64,000 nt of DNA from Candidatus Helarchaeota archaeon (GCA_019058315.1 JAHPZH010000001.1:535536-599535), one strand, 5' to 3'; positions 9,218 through 18,801 are shown, counted from the first letter of the stretch. The notes: generated by a model not told the origin, from the sequence alone. Made by a program: numbers and translations.

Positions 9218-9460
9218 TTATATTTCAAAATGTTCCTTTTTTATGGACTCTCCACACTTTTTACATTCAACCACCATCCCCATATCAAGCAAATTAAGCT
9301 CATTTTCAGTTAACTTTGTGGAAGGGTGATTGCAGAATGGACAATAATAAGCCTTGAGTTTACGTTTCTTTTTAACTTGAGAGGCTTCCGCTAATTCTGT
9401 CACAATTGAACTGTTGCTTTCATTTTCTGTATCTTCATCTTTTATATCTTTTTCTTCCAT
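9218..9460 (-). CDS. Small zinc-finger protein
   Basis: CPFC...CKKC; same strand, upstream of the GTPase pair. Confidence 0.65.
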   Translation of the reverse strand: MEEKDIKDEDTENESNSSIVTELAEASQVKKKRKLKAYYCPFCNHPSTKLTENELNLLDMGMVVECKKCGESIKKEHFEI

Positions 9461-9807
9461 TATAGTTCACTCTAAATCGATTTTTGTTATTTTGATAGAA
9501 TTAATAATATTTATAGAAATAAAAATTTTTAATTATTTGATATTTTTTGAATTTTATCTAAATTAATTTTGGATTTCCTTTTAATTAGAAATAATAAACA
9601 CTCTTCTCCAAATCATCTAAATTATTCTCTGATAAAATCTATGTGTTTATATAATTAAATAAATATTGGATTCTTTTGTTTTAAATTTATTAATTCTTTA
9701 TTATTGAGTGTTTTAACGATTTAGGGTATATTTTCACAAAAAACTCATATGACCTAACTTATTTATAAGCATTATAACATAACAATAGTAAATTATTCAT
9801 AGTAAGT

Positions 9808-9821
9808 CTCTCACTTGAGAG
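9808..9821. promoter_or_regulatory. Palindromic putative operator CTCTCA-CT-TGAGAG
   Basis: Perfect 6-bp arms in very AT-rich intergenic DNA, between a TTTATAA box (9762-9768) and the start of the 9879 gene. Confidence 0.35.
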
Positions 9822-9878
9822 GTTAATTATTTAGATTTTAGAAGTTATTATAACCAATTTAAAGTTAAAATATGAGGT

Positions 9879-11045
9879 TTGACAATTATGTCCCCTTATA
9901 GTTACGGTGACATACCAGATGATTTTCCATCAAAGGTTTTTACTCCATTAGGTGAACATCTCTTCAAGTTATTCAAAGAATTTGGACACGAATATTTTAT
10001 TGGCAAAACTACAACTTCTGAAGTAGGTTTTTTTAGTAAAGCTTCGGAGTTTTTAAGCGAGAAATTTAAAACTGCTGTCAATACGGCTAAAAAAGTCATT
10101 AGTGGTGAGATCCAACATCCTGAAAATGTATTAACAACTTGGTTTTTCCCGCCAGTTATGTATGTTAGATCCGATTTACAAATGGGAAGTACAAAACTCA
10201 TTTATGGGAATTCAACTGATATTACTTTCATATGTATTAATGATGCTAACTATGAACCAGAATTGCTAATTAACGGACATATGGAAGATGGAGTTCCTGT
10301 AGATTATTGGTACATTTTGGGTGAGGATGAAGTCTTTGAAAGAAGACATATTAAATATGGTACGAGATTGCGTGAAATTCCTAGTAAAACAAAAGATTTT
10401 GTAAAAGGTGGATTTCAAATTTTAGACATTCTAAAAGATGTTAGAAACGAGAGAAGCCCACAGTGGTCTGATTCTGCTTATTCGATGTGCATGTTGTGGA
10501 TAACTGGAGCAATTAATATGTTTGTAGAACCCTCTAGTTGGAATGCCTTGGCAGAAATCTGGGATGGAGTAAATGCCAAAAAGATTTATGGTAGACCTGA
10601 TTACTTTTATTGCTATGTTCCTTGGCCACCCGTCATGAATTTATTATTTGCAATGGGTCGACCCGAATTCACAATGCGTCTAACCGGATTATTAACAAAT
10701 CATCAGCTATTTGTTAATGGATTTGAACCAGAGATGATAAATTTTTATAAAGACGTAGTTCCTGAAGTATGGGATTGGTTAATAAATAATATGAAGGAAA
10801 GTGGAGTCCCGACTCCAAGGCAGACTTTAGGTTGCACACCACCTGATCTAAAAGATAAAAAGAAGTTCAAGAACTTAGAATTCGATTGGATCTACCCAGA
10901 AGGAGCTAGAGTTAAGCCTTTTGAATGGGATCTCGCAGATGAAGAAGTATTTAGCGGTATATTTACCGACATATCACACGAAACTCCAGCAGAACAATTT
11001 TATGGTAAAGAACATATAGTTTCTAAGGGAATTGGTGAGGAATAA
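9879..11045 (+). CDS. Hypothetical soluble protein (~385 aa)
   Basis: Long ORF, Trp/Pro/Met rich, no recognised motif. GAGGT SD suggests the ATG at 9888 as start. Confidence 0.75.
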   Translation: MTIMSPYSYGDIPDDFPSKVFTPLGEHLFKLFKEFGHEYFIGKTTTSEVGFFSKASEFLSEKFKTAVNTAKKVISGEIQHPENVLTTWFFPPVMYVRSDLQMGSTKLIYGNSTDITFICINDANYEPELLINGHMEDGVPVDYWYILGEDEVFERRHIKYGTRLREIPSKTKDFVKGGFQILDILKDVRNERSPQWSDSAYSMCMLWITGAINMFVEPSSWNALAEIWDGVNAKKIYGRPDYFYCYVPWPPVMNLLFAMGRPEFTMRLTGLLTNHQLFVNGFEPEMINFYKDVVPEVWDWLINNMKESGVPTPRQTLGCTPPDLKDKKKFKNLEFDWIYPEGARVKPFEWDLADEEVFSGIFTDISHETPAEQFYGKEHIVSKGIGEE

Positions 11046-11104
11046 TAATAATTTAAAAATATAAAAAATATAATTATGAAAGATAAATATTTGGAGAAAT
11101 TAAA

Positions 11105-11722
11105 TTGAAAACCGCAGGAGAAGTATTGGGAGAATTATTGATAGGCTGTGTTAGAGCACTTACACCTGAAGAACGAGAAAAACTTTATGTTAAACAAAAA
11201 TTAAACGGTAAAATAGTCGAATTTATTTTACCAGACGAACATGAAGCATGTGTTGTCTATTTTGTGGAAGATCCAGTAACTAGATCTTGGCTATCTTATA
11301 AAAGTTATCCAACACCTAGAGTTAAATGTAAGAATTGCAAATGGAAAGGTTTATGGTCCGATCTAAAAGTAGAAGAAGAGGAAATGGATCTAACGGGTAA
11401 AGTGAGCGATTTAGAGCTATTTCACCCTGTTAAAAAAACAGTAATTGAAAAATGCACTATATGTGGTGGTACAAAATTAAAGTATGAAGATTGGAAATTT
11501 GAAAAAGCTGATCTAGTAATTAAAGGTACATTTGCAGACATTGGAGCAGTAGCAGAGGTTACTTTAGGAGGATTTTTTCATAGAATGAGACAATTATTCA
11601 AAGTAATGGGAATGATGATGAAAAAAGAAGTAAGTATTAAACCACTACGTAAGCTTGGAATGGGTATATTAGTTTCGAAGTTAATTACTGGAAAAGTATC
11701 CGAAGATTATAAAGAAGATTAA
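11105..11722 (+). CDS. SCP2 sterol/lipid-binding-like domain protein with inserted zinc ribbon
   Basis: LNGKIVEFIL...KADLVIKGTFADI...MMMKKEVSIK resembles an SCP2 fold; CKNC...CTICGG insertion. Confidence 0.5.
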   Translation: MKTAGEVLGELLIGCVRALTPEEREKLYVKQKLNGKIVEFILPDEHEACVVYFVEDPVTRSWLSYKSYPTPRVKCKNCKWKGLWSDLKVEEEEMDLTGKVSDLELFHPVKKTVIEKCTICGGTKLKYEDWKFEKADLVIKGTFADIGAVAEVTLGGFFHRMRQLFKVMGMMMKKEVSIKPLRKLGMGILVSKLITGKVSEDYKED

Positions 11723-11872
11723 ATTGGTAAAATTTTAAATATTTTTTTTATTTTATTTTTATAATAGGTATTTGATTAAAAGTGGGAGATTTTAAATAAT
11801 ATTTTCATAATAGTAATAAATAATACTAGAAATAGTAAATGTAATATAGTGGTGGGTAACTTAATAATTTAG

Positions 11873-12766
11873 GTGAGTTTAGATTTGGCAACAGATTGGT
11901 ACGGTATTAAAAAACAAATTTCTAGTACGATGATGGATTTTGGATTTCGTGTTTATGTATCAATAGCTGATGTCTTTGGAAATCCAAAAATTATGGACGA
12001 AGAAATCGAACCTTTCAAAGATATAGTATGTAAATCAATTAAAATTAATAGTAATTATTTAAATATAGGCGATTATGCAATTCCAATTTCGTCTAAAAAC
12101 CTAATGATCTTTAAAATTTCGGAAAAAGCAGTTGTTGTGTTATTTGCAAATAAAGGAAATATTGCACAATTATTATCTTTTAAGAAAAATATAGATTATT
12201 TTGGTGAGCAAATAGAAAAATTACTAGAGGATATGGAAGCCCCAGAAGTAGAGGTTGAAGTGCCAACAGTAGTTGAGAAAGTTGAAAAAAAATTACCTAG
12301 ACAGATTCTTGGTAAAGAGCTTCCAATTTATACCCCAACTCTCAATAGAGAATTAGATAAAAAGGCAAAATTCACAATGGAAGAAATGCGCATTTTACAT
12401 ATGTGTGATGGTAATAGGGGTTTCTACGAGATTGCCCACGAGGCAAATCAACCTGAGAGTTTTTTATTTGATTTCATAGTTAAAAATATAAAGAAAAAAT
12501 GGCTTGGTCCAAAAGCTTATCCCATTATTGTTCAATGTCCTGATTGTGATTTAACACATTATTTATTTATTCATGAAGATTTATTTGAGCTAGATCCGGA
12601 CCTACTTTCAATTTTAATTCGGTCTGAACGATGCAATCATGAATATGTAGTCTTTCTTAATAAAAAATTAAAATATGAATTACAATCTTTCGGTTATTTT
12701 ACACCATTTCAACAAGATAAATTTATGAAAAAGCTAGGGGAGCACTATTATACTATAATTTCTTAA
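11873..12766 (+). CDS. Hypothetical protein (possible roadblock/longin-like N-domain, winged-HTH and Zn-binding C-domain)
   Basis: ILHMCDGNRGFYEIA (wHTH-like); CPDC...C.H; N-terminal region similar to 59504..60325. Confidence 0.55.
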   Translation: MSLDLATDWYGIKKQISSTMMDFGFRVYVSIADVFGNPKIMDEEIEPFKDIVCKSIKINSNYLNIGDYAIPISSKNLMIFKISEKAVVVLFANKGNIAQLLSFKKNIDYFGEQIEKLLEDMEAPEVEVEVPTVVEKVEKKLPRQILGKELPIYTPTLNRELDKKAKFTMEEMRILHMCDGNRGFYEIAHEANQPESFLFDFIVKNIKKKWLGPKAYPIIVQCPDCDLTHYLFIHEDLFELDPDLLSILIRSERCNHEYVVFLNKKLKYELQSFGYFTPFQQDKFMKKLGEHYYTIIS

Positions 12767-12810
12767 ACTTCACTTATTAACTTTTTTTTTAAATAAATAA
12801 TATCAATTTT

Positions 12811-14052
12811 TCATTCAACAATATAATAATAAGTAGGATCTACTTTTCTTTGCTTTTTTCGTCTTGAAAACCGCCCAAACCATGGATGTACTCCCATTGG
12901 AAAATTTTTAAACCTTGGTATATAATTTTTAGTCTTTTCAGGTATTTCCCAATTATAATCTAACTCTCTTCCTGCAAAAGCTGTGAAAATAGCTAAAAAA
13001 TTCGAATATAGTGATGCTCCGCTGAGTAAAAGGGTTTCATAATCCCAATTTGCGAATTTTAGATACAATTCAGTCATAGCATCTTGAGTGTATTTTCCAA
13101 CTTGTTCGAAAGTGCTAAATTCGACATTATAAACCTCACCCATCTTTTCAGGATATTTTTGCTCTATAGGTCGTAATAATTCACGATGCCATAAGCCGAT
13201 TGACGTTATTTTACTAGATAATTCTGGAGGGTCTGCAAACATAGTTCCCCAATCATTGAATTCAATTGTTTTCATATTTTTTAATGTATATCCAATTGCT
13301 AGGTTAGGTATTGGAGATTTTGTTTCAGTTTCAGAATGCTCGAATGGGGCTTTTCGCCCTGCATAAATTTCATCTCCTGTATAAAAAAACATAAATTCTT
13401 TAAATAATAAATATTCTCCCGTATCTAATTTATATGGTCCATGTTCAAAAATTCCTGCTCTACATTCGCATTTATCTAAAAAGTTCCAGTTCGTCATTGT
13501 TGCAACTGTTCTCTTAAATTTTTTAATCTGTTCTTTGGTTGGCTTGAACATATCTCCTCGCAATTTCTCAATTAAAGAATTATCTAAGATACGCATATTA
13601 TTATCTTCACTTTGATCTACAAGGAGCTTTTTATCATTTCTATAATAAGGATTTAAATTACGAAAAAAGTCTAATAAAAACTTAGTTTGTTCTTTCTTTT
13701 CTTCAGGTTCTTTTTCTGGTCCACCCATATCGTAAATACATTGTCCCCTCCCATGAAGATATAACATAGCAAAAGATTGAAATGCCAGACCATTTAAAGC
13801 TCCAATAATTGTCTTGCATTTAGGTCCAATTTCTCGTGGGTCACATCCATGATCAACCATATCTTTTACAATATTATATTGGAAATTTTGGTCGTAAAGT
13901 TGGTGGCATGCAACACAAATATAAGTTGAAACTGGAAAAATTTCAGATCCTACTTCGAGTCGCCCTGCCATCAAAGCTCTGTGCACATTGTTTGACATTA
14001 ATTGAATTATTTTATTTGCTTCATCTGTTGTAATATTACTTTTCCAAACCAT
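12811..14052 (-). CDS. Uncharacterised ~410-aa protein, paralogue A (candidate dikinase acceptor-binding subunit)
   Basis: Collinear with 14624..15856; shared FPVxTYICxACHQLY, LYLHGR, DKCxCRAGIFEHGPYK, DWGT, DPTYYYIV. Confidence 0.75.
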   Translation of the reverse strand: MVWKSNITTDEANKIIQLMSNNVHRALMAGRLEVGSEIFPVSTYICVACHQLYDQNFQYNIVKDMVDHGCDPREIGPKCKTIIGALNGLAFQSFAMLYLHGRGQCIYDMGGPEKEPEEKKEQTKFLLDFFRNLNPYYRNDKKLLVDQSEDNNMRILDNSLIEKLRGDMFKPTKEQIKKFKRTVATMTNWNFLDKCECRAGIFEHGPYKLDTGEYLLFKEFMFFYTGDEIYAGRKAPFEHSETETKSPIPNLAIGYTLKNMKTIEFNDWGTMFADPPELSSKITSIGLWHRELLRPIEQKYPEKMGEVYNVEFSTFEQVGKYTQDAMTELYLKFANWDYETLLLSGASLYSNFLAIFTAFAGRELDYNWEIPEKTKNYIPRFKNFPMGVHPWFGRFSRRKKQRKVDPTYYYIVE

Positions 14053-14072
14053 ATAATCACATCTTATTATTA

Positions 14073-14585
14073 TTAAGGAAATTTATTATATTTTGACCAA
14101 ATATTGGGATTTGCACTAAAAAATAACGGAAATACGACAAGAATTATAATTAAAACAATTATTAAACCTGGTAAGATTCCTTTTAATATTAAAGATTTAG
14201 TATCAATTTCTGTTTGATCTTTATAAACAAAGTAAAAGATATAAATCCCTGTAATTATCATAAAAACATGTGCAATTTGTGCTTGAATCATCTCAATTGA
14301 GAAGGGAATTGGAACAAAGAATCCACCGATAGCAAATGTAAAAAGTAAAATAGAAACTGCAATTAAATAATATGCAACTGTTTTGTTCGGTCTATAAATA
14401 TATATAATTAAACCTATAGACGTAGCAACCATAGTTGGAGAACAAATATTCATAATTAACCATTCAAGGACTGTAAAATGTAGAATTAATAAATGACCAA
14501 TAGCTGGAAATATTGTATTGACTACTAATGCAATTACCAAGATTATACCAATCTTCTTATTGAAAATTTCTTTAGTTTGACTCAA
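14073..14585 (-). CDS. Integral membrane protein (~5 TM)
   Basis: Hydrophobic segments throughout; lies between the two paralogues. Confidence 0.7.
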   Translation of the reverse strand: MSQTKEIFNKKIGIILVIALVVNTIFPAIGHLLILHFTVLEWLIMNICSPTMVATSIGLIIYIYRPNKTVAYYLIAVSILLFTFAIGGFFVPIPFSIEMIQAQIAHVFMIITGIYIFYFVYKDQTEIDTKSLILKGILPGLIIVLIIILVVFPLFFSANPNIWSKYNKFP

Positions 14586-14623
14586 AAATTTTCACCAAAT
14601 AAGAAATAAATAAATTTGATTTA

Positions 14624-15856
14624 TTAATCAACAATATAATAATAAGTTGGGTCTATTTTTCTTTTCTTTTTACCTCTCGTAAATCTTGCTATAAATGGAT
14701 GTGCTCCAAGTGGATATTTTTGAAATTTGGGAATGTAATCATATGTTTTTTTAGGTATTTCCCAATTATATGGAATTTCTGTAAAAATATTAAATAAAGC
14801 TAAAAAATTTGTATAGAGATTCACCCCTGCCATTAATCGTTTAGTATAATCCCATTCCGCGATTTTTATATACAATTCATTTAATGCTGATTGTGCATAT
14901 TTTCCTACTTGCTCAAAAATATCAAAAGAGACTGGTTCAATTTTTCCCATTTTATCTGGATATCTTTGTTTTGTTGGCAATAATAATTCTCGATTCCAAA
15001 ATCCTATCGAGGTTATTTTATCAGAAAAATCGGTTGGATCAATGAATACAGTTCCCCAATCTGTGAATTTAACAGATTTAATATCTTTAACGGTATAAGC
15101 AATAGAAATATTTGAAATCGGAGATTTAGATTTGGTCTCAGATAGACCCAATACTCTCCTCCTCCCTGGATAAAGCTCTTCTCCAGTATATAAAAATAGG
15201 AATTCTTTAAATATCAATAATTCTCCAGAATCCATTTTATAGGGGCCATGTTCGAATATCCCAGCACGACAATCACATTTATCCAAATAGTTATGAGTAG
15301 TTAATATAGCAAGTGTTCTTTTAAATTTCTTAATCTGTTCTTTATTAACTCCAAACATGTCTTCTCTTAATTTTTCAATTAGATCTTTATCTAAAATACG
15401 CATATTTTCGTCTTCACTTTGATCTGCCAAGAGTAGACCATCATTTCGATAATTGGGATTTAAATATTGAAAAAAATCTAAAATAAATTTGGTTTCTTCT
15501 TTTTTTTGTTTAGGCTCATGTTCTGCTCCTCCCCAGTCAAAAATCTTTTGTGCACGACCATGTAAATAAAGCATTGCCAATGATTGAAAACTTAAACCAT
15601 TCAAAAATGCACATAATGTTTTACATTTAGGTCCTATCTCTCTAGGATCACAACCATAGTCTACCATTTTCTTGATAATTTCATATTGAAATGATTGGTC
15701 ATAGAGTTGATGACAAGCAATACATATATATGTAGTAACTGGAAATAATTGCGATTCTATAGCTTCTCTCCCGAAAAGTCCTTTACGGACATTTTCTGAC
15801 ATTATATATATTAATTCATTAGCTCTTTCTGTTGTTATAGTGCTCTTCCAAATCAT
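14624..15856 (-). CDS. Uncharacterised ~410-aa protein, paralogue B
   Basis: See 12811..14052. Confidence 0.75.
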   Translation of the reverse strand: MIWKSTITTERANELIYIMSENVRKGLFGREAIESQLFPVTTYICIACHQLYDQSFQYEIIKKMVDYGCDPREIGPKCKTLCAFLNGLSFQSLAMLYLHGRAQKIFDWGGAEHEPKQKKEETKFILDFFQYLNPNYRNDGLLLADQSEDENMRILDKDLIEKLREDMFGVNKEQIKKFKRTLAILTTHNYLDKCDCRAGIFEHGPYKMDSGELLIFKEFLFLYTGEELYPGRRRVLGLSETKSKSPISNISIAYTVKDIKSVKFTDWGTVFIDPTDFSDKITSIGFWNRELLLPTKQRYPDKMGKIEPVSFDIFEQVGKYAQSALNELYIKIAEWDYTKRLMAGVNLYTNFLALFNIFTEIPYNWEIPKKTYDYIPKFQKYPLGAHPFIARFTRGKKKRKIDPTYYYIVD

Positions 15857-15896
15857 AAATCTCTCTCAAAAAATGAAAAAGATATAGATGTTAAAA

Positions 15897-16895
15897 TTAT
15901 TCCCGCGTTGATATTAAATATTCAGATATTCCATCGCCTTCTTTCCCCTCGCAACTAAAGGATACAATTTGTTCAAAGACTTCAGTTTTCCCTTTTGGAG
16001 AAGGTAATGGGAGGTGTATAGATTCTATAGTATTGGAAACTAAGGTAGTTTTATTTCCTTTCTCATCTGTTAACAAAAATGTTGATGAAACTGGTGTTTT
16101 TCCATCTTCTTTCGTTTTTGTGGAAACATCTACACTTTTTATATGGATATTTCCAACTTTTGTAGATATAAAACCTGTTTGTAGAATTTTTCCTAAAACC
16201 TCTATTCTGGCAATATTTATGGTTTTATCTTCAAATTGTGCCGAGAGCCAATTCCAACGATCTATATTCACCCAATCCCGGGTACCCCAGCTATGATCCC
16301 GGTGTCCAAGGCAATCAATATTTCTAGTTTCCCCAGTTTTCTTTATTACTAAAGTACCCTTTGCTTTCATCCCTTGTTCATAATGTTGCTGAGCTGCGAC
16401 ATCTAACATTTCAACACCATATTTTTCAAGACTCTCTAAAGGGTCTTCATGTGATAGATAGTTGAAAACTGGAAATCTTGCATCAAATGTTATATCTAAC
16501 TTAAATTTTCTGTCCTCAAATTTAACTTTCCATTGTTTCATAGGTTTTGTGCAAATATAATTCAATTTTTTATCATATTCCCAATTATCGGGCATAGTAT
16601 CAATAGCGGGTTGATTTAAATATGCATTAGGGTTTCCATCAACTATTAACACTGCCATTATAGTAGACTTTTTATCAAACATTTCCATAGACCATCGCGT
16701 AAATAAAAAAACGTTATTTTTACGATCAATGAAATTAAAATACCAACTTTCATTATGATTTTCTGGAAATTCCCCAAAATCATGTTTATATTCATCTTCT
16801 TCGGAGATATCTACTCCTTTTTTAATATATTCTAAAAGTTTGCTATCAACTTCAATCCCTTTTTCTTTGAGATATTTTAAGACTTTATCTATCAT
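15897..16895 (-). CDS. AttH/CrtC/tocopherol-cyclase-like beta-barrel protein
   Basis: NESWYFNF, HYEQ and GHRDHSWGTRDW motifs typical of this lipocalin-like double-barrel superfamily. Confidence 0.65.
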   Translation of the reverse strand: MIDKVLKYLKEKGIEVDSKLLEYIKKGVDISEEDEYKHDFGEFPENHNESWYFNFIDRKNNVFLFTRWSMEMFDKKSTIMAVLIVDGNPNAYLNQPAIDTMPDNWEYDKKLNYICTKPMKQWKVKFEDRKFKLDITFDARFPVFNYLSHEDPLESLEKYGVEMLDVAAQQHYEQGMKAKGTLVIKKTGETRNIDCLGHRDHSWGTRDWVNIDRWNWLSAQFEDKTINIARIEVLGKILQTGFISTKVGNIHIKSVDVSTKTKEDGKTPVSSTFLLTDEKGNKTTLVSNTIESIHLPLPSPKGKTEVFEQIVSFSCEGKEGDGISEYLISTRE

Positions 16896-17072
16896 TTTAG
16901 ATTGCTCCTATCTTTATCTAATCAAAAAAAAATATTCATTCTTGCTCTAGATTGTAATTTTAACATTTAAGAATTTAGATATTATTATTATTTTACTAAT
17001 TATAAAATTAATAGAAATTATTATATAGAGTTCAAACCAAAATGTTTACTATATCTAAAAGGAGACTAAAAA

Positions 17073-17237
17073 ATGGATGATTATCGTGCACTTTTTATCG
17101 TATTCATGTCTTCAATAGCAGTCTTAGGGATTGTGGCAATAGTATATATCGTATTTTTCAAAAATAATCCCCTTAATCTATTAAGTGATGAAGCTATAAA
17201 CATAATTTTAATAGCTTTATTGTCGCAAGGTAAATAA
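17073..17237 (+). CDS. Small 54-aa membrane protein (below ORF-track cutoff)
   Basis: AAGGAG SD then ATG; MDDYRALFIVFMSSIAVLGIVAIVYIVFFKNNPLNLLSDEAINIILIALLSQGK*. Confidence 0.6.
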   Translation: MDDYRALFIVFMSSIAVLGIVAIVYIVFFKNNPLNLLSDEAINIILIALLSQGK

Positions 17238-17411
17238 TTTATTAATTCACTATTTTTTAATTAATCTTAATGTATAATAATAAGAAATAACTTTATCATT
17301 TGAGTTCAGATGATTTTCTAACTTAATTTGATAAATAAAAAAGTAATTAAATATCAATTTGGTTTATTCTTCAAATAATTAAATGAAAAAAAAATAAAAG
17401 GTGTAATATTT

Positions 17412-17792
17412 TTGGGATATAAGCTAATTGGAAATGGATTAAGTGTCTCTAGTAAAAAAGAAGTTGAGGGGATATTTAGAGCAATCCATACGGTTCAAGA
17501 TGTTATTAAACTAATTAAAGGAACTGGGGATGATGCAGCTGAAGGAAAAATATGCTGGGTGGAACAAGCGGGTGCAACAACTTTAGGTCCAATTTTAAGC
17601 CGTATTTCTGGAGTAGTTTGTCAAACAGGTTCTTCAGGCTCTCATATTGCTATAGTTTCAAGAGAGTATGAATTGCCAGCCCTTATGTCTTGTGTAATAA
17701 AAGGAAATCTTGATGATATTAATGGTAAAAAAGTCAAAATAAGAACTATAGAAGACAGTAACCATGGAGAATTGTTATTGTGGGAAGAGTAA
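17412..17792 (+). CDS. Stand-alone PEP-utiliser phosphohistidine (swivel) domain
   Basis: GVVCQTGSSGSHIAIVSREYELPA matches the GGxxSHAAIxAREhGhPA signature. Confidence 0.85.
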   Translation: MGYKLIGNGLSVSSKKEVEGIFRAIHTVQDVIKLIKGTGDDAAEGKICWVEQAGATTLGPILSRISGVVCQTGSSGSHIAIVSREYELPALMSCVIKGNLDDINGKKVKIRTIEDSNHGELLLWEE

Positions 17793-18742
17793 GAATTCAA
17801 AAATTATATGAATTTATTGAAAAAAAAGATTTTAACATTTTAGGGGGAAAAGGAGCGCATTTAGCTAAACTTTTAGATTTAAAAATGCCAGTTCCCTCAG
17901 GGTTTATATTACCAACTACTTGTTTTAAACTTTTTTTAGAAAAATCGGATTATTTTCAAAGAATCATGTCCATTCTTCAAAATCCGATTAATTTTGAAAA
18001 TATCCTTGAAGTCTCTAAACAGCTTCAAGACTCTATTATGTATTCAAAATTTCAAGAAAAATTTTTAATTGCGGTTAAGAATGCATGGGAAGAATTATCC
18101 AAGTATACAAATATTGACTATGTTGCAGTTAGATCCTCTGCAACTGTAGAAGATTTAGAAACTGCTTCATTTGCGGGACAAGCCGAAACATTTTTATGTA
18201 TAGATAATTTAGATGACCTTTTAAAATCCATTAAACAATGTTGGGCTTCTTTATATTCACCAAGTGCTTTAATGTATTGCTTAACAAATAATATTCCAGT
18301 AGAAAAAGTACAAATGGGTGTTATAGTTCAAAAAATGGTTAATTCAGATATTGCTGGGGTTATGTTCACTGCAGATGTGGTAAATAAAGATCCAAGTAAA
18401 ATTCTGATTAATATAACATGGGGATTCGGTGAAACTATAGCGGATGGAAAAGTAGATGCAGATGAAATATTAGTAGATAAAGAAACCTTAGAAATTCTAA
18501 ATATTAGAATTGGTAAAAAAGAATTAATGAGTATTAGAAATGTAAATGCTTGTGGAACTAGAATTATTGAAACTCCACACAATAAAAGAGATTGCTGTTG
18601 CATAACTGAGCAAAAAATTATTGAAATAGCTAAAATTGGATTGGAAATCGAAAAGAAATTTGACCATTATCAAGACATTGAATTTGCTATTGAAAATAAT
18701 GAAATCAAAATTTTACAATCTCGGCCAGTAACTACGATGTAA
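17780..18742 (+). CDS. Stand-alone PEP synthase/PPDK N-terminal ATP-grasp domain
   Basis: GGKGAHL, PVPSGF, VAVRSSATVED...SFAGQ.ET, VQKMV...AGVMFT, DIEFAI, ILQSRPVT then stop; overlaps the His-domain gene. Confidence 0.9.
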   Translation: MGRVRIQKLYEFIEKKDFNILGGKGAHLAKLLDLKMPVPSGFILPTTCFKLFLEKSDYFQRIMSILQNPINFENILEVSKQLQDSIMYSKFQEKFLIAVKNAWEELSKYTNIDYVAVRSSATVEDLETASFAGQAETFLCIDNLDDLLKSIKQCWASLYSPSALMYCLTNNIPVEKVQMGVIVQKMVNSDIAGVMFTADVVNKDPSKILINITWGFGETIADGKVDADEILVDKETLEILNIRIGKKELMSIRNVNACGTRIIETPHNKRDCCCITEQKIIEIAKIGLEIEKKFDHYQDIEFAIENNEIKILQSRPVTTM

Positions 18743-18801
18743 GAATTAAAAGGTATATGATATTGGATTTAAAAAAAATAGGATATTGATAGATTCTTTT
18801 T

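Noticed and set aside
12811-15856. c-type cytochromes (CxxCH)
   Set aside because: Single motif in a hydrophobic helix-like context, no signal peptide, and no maturation genes nearby.
17412-18742. Fragmented PEP synthase pseudogene
   Set aside because: Domain order is reversed relative to PpsA (His domain first), both ORFs end at domain boundaries with intact motifs, and they overlap like coupled genes.
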